Positions 57,058-64,000 of a stretch of DNA of 64,000 nucleotides are shown piece by piece; positions within the stretch are counted from its first letter, which is position 1; every line of letters begins with the position of its first letter. The notes under the pieces are model-generated. The model had not been told where the DNA came from. It made no database searches and saw only the letters and a program-made list of their open reading frames with translations. The position numbers and the translations under genes are program-made. The stretch lies in the IMG/VR virus record IMGVR_UViG_3300032268_001179. The stretch is one strand, 5' to 3'. Origin of the DNA: an uncultured virus (IMG/VR IMGVR_UViG_3300032268_001179). Its lineage: Duplodnaviria; Heunggongvirae; Uroviricota; Caudoviricetes.

Positions 57058-58681
57058 CTAATATTTTTTCGTATTGGTTTTTAATTTGTTGAGCCACGTT
57101 ATGAGAAAAATACTTTTCGATATCTGTTGGCGGATCAAACCTTTCTTTGGATAAAATAAACCCACCTGAGTCAACTTTATATATCCAACTTGGTTTTCCA
57201 CACATCCATCCTTCTATGGTTGTTCTTCCAAGTTGAATTCCTGCGGTTTCTTTACATTTTTGAACGAATGGTTCAACATTCCAAGTTGGTGGATAATGTT
57301 TTACGTGTTCATTCATCAAAATGGTCGGTAGATAATTTGACTTATCTTCTCCTACAATCCAAAGTTCGAGTTTATTTTCTCTTGTATACTCTATAAGATC
57401 CATTATAGTTTCTCTCCTTAGATAATCAATTGTACCAACAAACAAAATAAAATTTTCTTCTTTAGTGTTTTTTGGTTTGAATTTCTCAGAATCAATTGGA
57501 TTGTAAATTACCTCAATCATATCTTCAGGAATTTCAAATTTATCGATAATATGATCTTTTATTTCGGGTCTTATTGCGATATATTTTTTGATTGATTCGT
57601 GTTTAATTGGATCTTCAAGTTCAATAACTTCAGAGTGAATTGAATATATCTTATCTATCTCAGGATAAAATTGAATCATTCTTTCGGCGACTGGTTTATG
57701 TTGCATGTGAATAATATCATATTTTACCTCCGAAACACGATACATCACGTTGGGTTGAGAAGGTTGAAATCCTTTATCTGTATTTAATCCCCACTTACCA
57801 TCTCCCAATTTGAAACCTGGTGACTCTTCAAATGACAAACATTTGATACCTTGTTTCTTTGCCATATCCGTGAGAGGTCCTCCGATTTGCGATAAAACAG
57901 TAACTTCACAATTTTGTTTCAATAAACTTTTCGCTAATTCATATACATAAAGTTCTGAACCTGTGAAAGTTTTAAAAAATAAACAACTGATTAAAACTTT
58001 AATTTTTTGATCTTTATTAAAAGGGAGTTTTATCGGAAGATGATCCTTATATTTTTCTTCGAAAATTTTTCGATTGTCTTCCCATTGTTGATTAGTTTGA
58101 CCGATTGATTTATGAGTCAAACGAATATTTGTGATAACACCAACTTTTACTTTTTCTAAATGATTTTCGAAACAAAAAGGAATGTCATAAAAGTGAAACC
58201 CTTTGAATTCTTCATTAAAAAATTTCTTAATTCTTTTTTTATGTAGAGCGATAAAAAGCCCGTCAACAATAATTGTTTGAATAATACCGTTACCCACAGA
58301 ATCAGAATATTTTGATTCCCATTTTTTACCCTCACTTTCGTGGTTTACAATACCAACCATTTTTTTTCGGTCTTCCCACCACATACCACTTGAAGGCATA
58401 TTTGTGGTACCAGCAAGTCCCAAGATTCCAAAGTCAGTTTTTTCGAAATGCTTGATTATTTTACTATACCAAGATGTGGTATCAAAGTAGATATCGTCGT
58501 GACATAGGATGACAATGTCTGTAGTCGACTCAGAAATAATTTCATTGTATACCTGAGTCAATGATTTCTGTCCGTTATTAACTTTTTCAATAACGTTAAT
58601 TTTTTTGAAACCTGAACTTTTTTTAAGATACTCTATAAACTCAGGATTGGATTCTCTTGTTGAATAACCTATTGTAACCAT
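57050..58681 (-). CDS. Two-domain glycosyltransferase (GT-A N-domain fused to GT-B C-domain)
   Basis: CHDDI, VDGLFI, FHFYD in the N-half; TGSELYVYELA and GRTTIEGWMCG in the C-half. Confidence 0.8.
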   Translation of the reverse strand: MVTIGYSTRESNPEFIEYLKKSSGFKKINVIEKVNNGQKSLTQVYNEIISESTTDIVILCHDDIYFDTTSWYSKIIKHFEKTDFGILGLAGTTNMPSSGMWWEDRKKMVGIVNHESEGKKWESKYSDSVGNGIIQTIIVDGLFIALHKKRIKKFFNEEFKGFHFYDIPFCFENHLEKVKVGVITNIRLTHKSIGQTNQQWEDNRKIFEEKYKDHLPIKLPFNKDQKIKVLISCLFFKTFTGSELYVYELAKSLLKQNCEVTVLSQIGGPLTDMAKKQGIKCLSFEESPGFKLGDGKWGLNTDKGFQPSQPNVMYRVSEVKYDIIHMQHKPVAERMIQFYPEIDKIYSIHSEVIELEDPIKHESIKKYIAIRPEIKDHIIDKFEIPEDMIEVIYNPIDSEKFKPKNTKEENFILFVGTIDYLRRETIMDLIEYTRENKLELWIVGEDKSNYLPTILMNEHVKHYPPTWNVEPFVQKCKETAGIQLGRTTIEGWMCGKPSWIYKVDSGGFILSKERFDPPTDIEKYFSHNVAQQIKNQYEKILDE

Positions 58682-59298
58682 TATATACCAGTACTACCAA
58701 ATCCTTTATCTCCACGATCTTTATCACCAACTTTATCAACAACGTCGAAATCAACATATTTTCCGTTGACTACGGGGCATAATACTGCTTGAGCAACTTT
58801 CATTCCTTTTGAAATAGTCACCGAATAATTGTTAGTATTGAAAACAATAACTTGAATTTCACCTACGTAACCTGAATCAACTGTTCCAGGTGTGTTCAAT
58901 ACAGTAAGACCCATATTGATAGCCAAACCACTTTTAGGTCTCACTTGGATTTCATATTCCTCGGGGATAGATAGTTTCAACCCTGTAGGGATAAGAGCTC
59001 GTCCAAATGCTGGTAACGTATAATCTATTCTTGAATAGAGGTCGAATCCTGAATCACTCGGATATGCGTAAGTTGGAACTTTTGTATCTTCGTAAAGTAG
59101 TTCAACTCCAACTTTTTTGGTTTTGAGGAATGACATATTTGCCTCAGTTATTTCATCCATAGAAAACCCGAACATTTGTTCGAGTTCAGACATATAATCT
59201 TCCTCAGGTTCAACTCCCGACTCTTTCTTTATTTGATTAAATGTATCTTGAATTTGTTTCCAAATATCTTGATCAATATTTCCGTTTGTATTTTCCAT
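58681..59298 (-). CDS. dut: dUTPase with acidic N-terminal extension
   Basis: SGFDL, QVRPKSGLA, GTVDSGYVGE, AQAV, RGDKGFGSTG. Confidence 0.95.
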   Translation of the reverse strand: MENTNGNIDQDIWKQIQDTFNQIKKESGVEPEEDYMSELEQMFGFSMDEITEANMSFLKTKKVGVELLYEDTKVPTYAYPSDSGFDLYSRIDYTLPAFGRALIPTGLKLSIPEEYEIQVRPKSGLAINMGLTVLNTPGTVDSGYVGEIQVIVFNTNNYSVTISKGMKVAQAVLCPVVNGKYVDFDVVDKVGDKDRGDKGFGSTGI

Positions 59299-59999
59299 TA
59301 TTTTAAACTTGTCAATTTTTTTATTACTTCTATCAATACCAAAACATCTTTTTCACAATATTCAACTATACCTTTGATGTCTTTATTTATCCAATAAGCC
59401 TCATGAACTTTGTTTCCAGTAACTTCCATATTTTTAGAAGATTCTACACCCATAGAAACACACATCAATTCTAATGACGCAATTGTTCCATAACCACCAT
59501 ATTGCCAAAGTTCTTTTGTATCTAACGCTTTGATCTCCCATGGCTTTGTATCATGGCCAGGTAATATTTTTGGAGGTAACAGACCGTTGACAATCATTCG
59601 TTTTGCCAACATTGGAATATCAAATCCTTTGACGTTATGCCCACACAAGAAAAATCCTAATTCACCAACTCTACGTAATAGTTTTTGAACATCTTGTAAC
59701 AAATCTTTTTCATTTTCGTTACTAAATGATTGAATCTTTGTTTCACCTTTTTCTGTAACAAAGGCAACACTCACACAAGCAATTCTTGCAAACTCAGGAA
59801 CTAATGCGGATCTATTAACAAACATTTGCCCAACTGGTTTATCGGCGTCCTCAGGAAATCTTTTTTGAAACCAATCAACATAATTTTCAAATACGAAAGA
59901 AAGTTCAAGATTGGATTTTTTCAAAGACTCCCAATCAGATTGTGCTCCTACGGTTTCAATATCAATAAAAAGTAGTTTTTCTAATGGTATGTTTATCAT
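59298..59999 (-). CDS. PolB-related stand-alone 3'-5' exonuclease (DEDDy)
   Basis: FIDIET, GHNVKGFDIP, YCEKDV. Confidence 0.88.
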   Translation of the reverse strand: MINIPLEKLLFIDIETVGAQSDWESLKKSNLELSFVFENYVDWFQKRFPEDADKPVGQMFVNRSALVPEFARIACVSVAFVTEKGETKIQSFSNENEKDLLQDVQKLLRRVGELGFFLCGHNVKGFDIPMLAKRMIVNGLLPPKILPGHDTKPWEIKALDTKELWQYGGYGTIASLELMCVSMGVESSKNMEVTGNKVHEAYWINKDIKGIVEYCEKDVLVLIEVIKKLTSLK

Positions 60000-61216
60000 G
60001 ATTTATTTGCAATGTCTTTATAAAATTGTTTTCTATCACTAGTTACATTATTTAAGTCATACTTGTCTTTAACTGTTTCATATAATCTCTCACCCATATC
60101 TTTTACAAGATTTGGATTCTTAACAAGTTTTTCAATGAACTTTGCCCAATCAGCGTGATTTCTAGCTTCGTTGATTAAGATAGCATTTCCATCTACAAAA
60201 TTACCATTTTCCATACAATGTTTTAGGTCGATGGTATAAGGACCTATGTTGGATGCAATTATTGCCTTTTTGTAGAATCCAGCTTCAATCACTTTCAGTT
60301 GAGATTTCATTCTGTTGAACATTGTGTTTTTGATTGGAGCTAATGAAACATCAAATTTCGAATAATTTTTAGCATAACCTGTTACAGGTTTAGTCCACAC
60401 TCTCAAATAAGATTCATCCATTTCATTTGGAAAATTTTCTTGAGTGTATTTCAAAAGATGATTTTTATAATTCTCGGAAATAATTTTGAAATTTTGAGTA
60501 AATATTTTTTCGTATTCAGCCCAAACAGTTTCTGATGGTAAAATATTTCTTTTAGTTTGCTCTTTAGTTTGAGCATTGATTTCTGTTACAGTCCCTCTTG
60601 TATCAAAACCGCATAGGACATACTGAACTTTATCTTTCAATCCTGTAATTTTGGAAAATCCTGAATCTAATAATTGGATGTCATGTAAGTGAGATGAACC
60701 TCCTAGCCACCCAACTCTAACTCTGTCCGACTCTTCAGTTTTTTCTTTGAATTGAGCCTCGTTTGGATTTATTGCATTTGGAAATACAAAAACATTTTTG
60801 TTGTATTTTTTGATTTCATCTGCAAAGATAGTTGTGGTTGTTGTTACGTATTTTGCGACTTTGAGATTTGCAACAATTTTTTCATTGATTTTGTTAACAC
60901 GAATGATATCGTGAATTGGGTGCTCTTTACCTGGCATCCAATAGTCATCAATATCACAAACTGTGACAACTCCTAATGAATTCAACATTTGAATCAATCT
61001 GTTTGCCTTATCAAAATCTTGACCGATACTTCTGTGAAAGGCAACAATCTGATATTGAGTCCAAAAGTTAATGTCCTCATAAGGTGGTTCATAAACAATA
61101 TCCACATGAAATTCTTCAGGGTATTGATTTTGTAAAAAAATGTGAGGATCTACGGAACGAAATTTCCCAACGCCACTACGATCTGAGGGCACGACTAAAA
61201 CTTTAACTTTTGACAT
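59996..61216 (-). CDS. GT-B (GT4-like) glycosyltransferase
   Basis: DIDDYW, VGWLGGSSH..D, LAPI..FNRMKSQLKVIEAG. Confidence 0.85.
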   Translation of the reverse strand: MSKVKVLVVPSDRSGVGKFRSVDPHIFLQNQYPEEFHVDIVYEPPYEDINFWTQYQIVAFHRSIGQDFDKANRLIQMLNSLGVVTVCDIDDYWMPGKEHPIHDIIRVNKINEKIVANLKVAKYVTTTTTIFADEIKKYNKNVFVFPNAINPNEAQFKEKTEESDRVRVGWLGGSSHLHDIQLLDSGFSKITGLKDKVQYVLCGFDTRGTVTEINAQTKEQTKRNILPSETVWAEYEKIFTQNFKIISENYKNHLLKYTQENFPNEMDESYLRVWTKPVTGYAKNYSKFDVSLAPIKNTMFNRMKSQLKVIEAGFYKKAIIASNIGPYTIDLKHCMENGNFVDGNAILINEARNHADWAKFIEKLVKNPNLVKDMGERLYETVKDKYDLNNVTSDRKQFYKDIANKS

Positions 61217-61269
61217 AAATTTAGATTATACCTGAAAGTATAACCTTTTGTGTCAAATAAGAAAAGTAG

Positions 61270-61878
61270 TTAGGATAATTTTTTGATTTTAGTAACCTTA
61301 CCTTCGAATATATGCTTACCAACTTTGAAACTGAAAGTTTCATTTGCTTTTTCAGTTGACTCGACCAAAAGACCATTCTCACTCAAAGCTTGATTAACGG
61401 CTTCCTTAATCATTTTTTGAATTACGTTGTAATCTAACGAAGAAGAAGATGCTTGTGGTTTGGGAGTCGCGGACTCAGGTTTATAATTTTGTGGACTTTC
61501 TTTCATCAACCTCGAAGCTCTTTCAATCAAATCGTTGGAAAGAGTTGCACTTTGTTGCTGTTGTGGTTGTGAAATAGGGTGTTCCATCATTAACCTTTTT
61601 ATCTCATCAGGTAACTTTGAATTTTTAATTGCATCAACTGTAGGAACTCCAACTGGTTTTGTATTTTCAATTGGCATATAGTTGGGTTGTTGATTCATTC
61701 TCGGACTTGGTTGTTCTTGAAGGAACTCTTGAGGTATATTGTATTTGGCTTGTGGAATATCGAAACTTTCAACCATATTATTAGGTGAATTGATGTTTCT
61801 AACATCCCCTCTGTTTATTCCGTTTGTCTTATCCATGATAGCTTTAGATATCATGAGTTTTTGCATTAATTGATCCAT
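61270..61878 (-). CDS. Hypothetical protein
   Basis: 202-aa Q/P-rich ORF. Confidence 0.7.
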   Translation of the reverse strand: MDQLMQKLMISKAIMDKTNGINRGDVRNINSPNNMVESFDIPQAKYNIPQEFLQEQPSPRMNQQPNYMPIENTKPVGVPTVDAIKNSKLPDEIKRLMMEHPISQPQQQQSATLSNDLIERASRLMKESPQNYKPESATPKPQASSSSLDYNVIQKMIKEAVNQALSENGLLVESTEKANETFSFKVGKHIFEGKVTKIKKLS

Positions 61879-61880
61879 AA

Positions 61881-62264
61881 TTAGAATTTTGCTATAATAA
61901 TAATCGAACTCATACTTTTGTCACCATTTGGATTGAAATTTGGCCTCATTTGTGTAAAATTTTCCCCAGTGGGTTTCAGTGACAATATTTTAGGTAGTAA
62001 AAAAATTCTCCATCCAGGTAGTGGTTGTTCTCCTTTATAGGCCGTGTGGGATGCTCCATCTTCGTCCCAAGCTCTAACCGCCAAGGAATTTGTACCTCTC
62101 ATTCTCCCTAAACAAACGGGTTCGATTTCACGCAAACCTCTACCACCTGGTTCATCACCGTCATAATAGATTACCACCTTCTGTTTTTTTTTGATAGCGT
62201 CTATGACACTTTCCTGAGAAGCGATTTCACAAATTAAACCTTTGAGAGATTCTTGTAATTTCAT
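61881..62264 (-). CDS. Stand-alone WYL-like domain protein
   Basis: VIYY...REIEPVCLG...VRAW...WRIFLLPKI pattern. Confidence 0.7.
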   Translation of the reverse strand: MKLQESLKGLICEIASQESVIDAIKKKQKVVIYYDGDEPGGRGLREIEPVCLGRMRGTNSLAVRAWDEDGASHTAYKGEQPLPGWRIFLLPKILSLKPTGENFTQMRPNFNPNGDKSMSSIIIIAKF

Positions 62265-62557
62265 TAAAAGTTAGGGTAAGGTTTTGATGAGTTAAATTTG
62301 TTAATTTTTATTTCGTTTTTTCTTTCAGTAACATCTGTAATAGTTCCCGCGTTTACATTATAAACGTCAAGGAAAGTTCCAGTCCCTCTTCCCATAGAAT
62401 CTCCATCAGCAACAGCATCTCTGTTTACTGAAGAATATTCATTACCAACTGCGTTGTAATCGTTTTTAGGGATTAACTTTGCCCGTTCCATTTCAGCTAT
62501 TGCAGTTAAAGCATTAGGGACATCTTGAGATAAGTCGATTGTTAATTCGTTCGCCAT
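62264..62557 (-). CDS. Hypothetical protein
   Basis: 97-aa ORF, DGDSMGRGTG. Confidence 0.7.
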   Translation of the reverse strand: MANELTIDLSQDVPNALTAIAEMERAKLIPKNDYNAVGNEYSSVNRDAVADGDSMGRGTGTFLDVYNVNAGTITDVTERKNEIKINKFNSSKPYPNF

Positions 62558-62560
62558 ATT

Positions 62561-63037
62561 TTATAGTTGTTTCATTAGTTCATTTATTCTCCTGAGACTC
62601 TCTGTAACAGCCGCATTATATTGATCTACGGTTCTACTGTGCACTTGAGATGGTCTCACATTATTGAAATCTTCTTTCCCATGAGGTTTAATAAATTGAT
62701 TCGTCATACCAGCATCCATTTTATTTCTTTTGGTCAGTTTGGTATAATCTCTCATTTTTCTCAATTCATTGTTAACCCAATTTTTCATTTCAAATCCACC
62801 ATTTAAAATAAATGACGGTTCTTTTTGATTTCCTTTGAAATTATCAAAGAAGTTTTTGATTCTTTTTAATTGTTTGTACTCAATAAAGTTTTTATCTTGA
62901 AGTTCTTTATTTCTATTGAATCCTTCAGTATTTTCATCAGCGTTCTTTACCATTTGAAAACTTTTCTTCAAATGATCTCTCAAAGTTGTTGGTAATTCAA
63001 CTTCTCCTTTTGCCGAGTTATATAAATCTTTATTCAC
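62561..63037 (-). CDS. Hypothetical protein
   Basis: 158 aa, QLKRIKNFFD motif, C-terminal VTESLRRINELM. Confidence 0.7.
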   Translation of the reverse strand: MNKDLYNSAKGEVELPTTLRDHLKKSFQMVKNADENTEGFNRNKELQDKNFIEYKQLKRIKNFFDNFKGNQKEPSFILNGGFEMKNWVNNELRKMRDYTKLTKRNKMDAGMTNQFIKPHGKEDFNNVRPSQVHSRTVDQYNAAVTESLRRINELMKQL

Positions 63038-63851
63038 CTTGAATTAGTTTTATCAATTCTTTTTTAGAGATTCCATGTTTTTCTGCCTGCTTTACTAAAG
63101 AATTAAGATTTTTCTTTAACACAGGAGATAGTTGTCCTATTTCTTTACTTGTGGACTTCTTTGTTAAATCAGAAGAACTTGAATCCTTTTTCTTTGCCAA
63201 CATATCTTCCACAACTTTAATTGCTTTTTGTTTTTGAATTTCAGATAAAGTTGCTCTTGTTATAAAGTTTGGATCGTCATAATATTCTGATTTTTCATCT
63301 TTTTTTCCCGACGGGTCTTTTCCCTGTTGTTTTGTTCTTTCTTTTGCATCATCAGGTTCCATTCCCATATCTTTAACCAAAAACTCATAAGTTTCTTTTC
63401 CATCCATGTCTTCGGTTTCCTCATAACCAAACGCACCTGACATATCAATTTCTTTAACTTCACTTTCACCGTAGTATGTTCTATAACCTCGTGATATTGG
63501 ATCGTTTGTTATACGAGCAGCAGATACCGTTTGGTCCATAGTTTTTCTTGGATGCAATCTTGGGTCCAAAATTGGAATTTTGGAATTAGACATACTCCCA
63601 TCAGAATTTACCAACTCTTCGAGATCGGTTTTTAAAGTTTTTGTATCTTTGATTTTTTTCTCCTTAGCAATTTTTTTCAGGTGTTTTTTTACCTTTTCAC
63701 CCTTCTCTTTTTCAAAGTGTATAACCTCATCTTTTTTTCGAGCTTCACTCAAAGTGTTTTCTACTGAGAAGTATAATGAATATTTATTGCCCTTATCTCT
63801 CATTAAGAAATAATATGGTGATGAAAAAAATTCAGTGTCTATCGGAATCAT
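63030..63851 (-). CDS. Hypothetical protein
   Basis: 273-aa charged ORF preceded by TATTTAT. Confidence 0.7.
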   Translation of the reverse strand: MIPIDTEFFSSPYYFLMRDKGNKYSLYFSVENTLSEARKKDEVIHFEKEKGEKVKKHLKKIAKEKKIKDTKTLKTDLEELVNSDGSMSNSKIPILDPRLHPRKTMDQTVSAARITNDPISRGYRTYYGESEVKEIDMSGAFGYEETEDMDGKETYEFLVKDMGMEPDDAKERTKQQGKDPSGKKDEKSEYYDDPNFITRATLSEIQKQKAIKVVEDMLAKKKDSSSSDLTKKSTSKEIGQLSPVLKKNLNSLVKQAEKHGISKKELIKLIQGE

Positions 63852-63903
63852 AGTCTCTTTTTAATCTATAAATACTATGACACAAGGTATTTATCATTAG
63901 TTT

Positions 63904-64000
63904 ATGGCATATCAAAATATAAATCAGTATAATTTTAGGCGTTGGGGTATTAAACCCGTAAACGAAATCACAGACATCTGTTTGGCTTCTGATGAAAAAG
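63904..64000 (+). CDS. 5' fragment of a CDS running off the window
   Basis: ATG GCA TAT CAA AAT ATA AAT.. (MAYQNINQYNFRRWG..) open to the end; TATTTAT at 63888-63894. Confidence 0.6.
   Translation, partial: MAYQNINQYNFRRWGIKPVNEITDICLASDEK

Noticed and set aside
61225..61256. TTGACA...TATAAT sigma70-like promoter for the glycan operon
   Set aside because: Spacer is 20 nt and the inferred host uses different promoter elements; not supportable
1..64000. Stop-codon reassignment as in some jumbo phages
   Set aside because: Core genes are full length and densely packed in code 11; TAA, TAG and TGA all end genes

Overview
This window is a 64-kb piece of a large, AT-rich T4-like (jumbo) phage genome read in standard code 11. 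The host is most likely a Bacteroidota/Flavobacteria-type bacterium, judged from TAnnTTTG promoters, Bacteroidota-type bS21, Lacal_2735-like and DUF4494-like genes, and a TBDR plus lipoprotein pair. Layout: (1) 1-8.4 kb holds tRNAs, including tRNA-Leu(UAA) split by a group I intron that carries an HNH endonuclease in its P1 loop, plus a TonB-dependent receptor/lipoprotein pair and a tmRNA with an unusual 21-aa tag. (2) 8.4-14.9 kb is a proteolysis island (two metallopeptidases, a ClpC without its N-domain, a tandem-UVR protein) followed by KTSC and nucleotidyltransferase genes. (3) 15-32.5 kb is the head module (terminase, portal, prohead protease, scaffold, major capsid) with ribosomal protein bS21 on the opposite strand. 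(4) 32.5-40 kb has baseplate/tail-like genes and a gp55-like late sigma factor. (5) 40-61 kb is a ~21-kb glycan biosynthesis/glycosyltransferase cluster that also contains phoH, nadE, dut and an exonuclease. A recurrent TATTTAT motif precedes many genes, in seven cases exactly 4 nt before the start codon. All family assignments come from motif recognition by eye; no searches were run.
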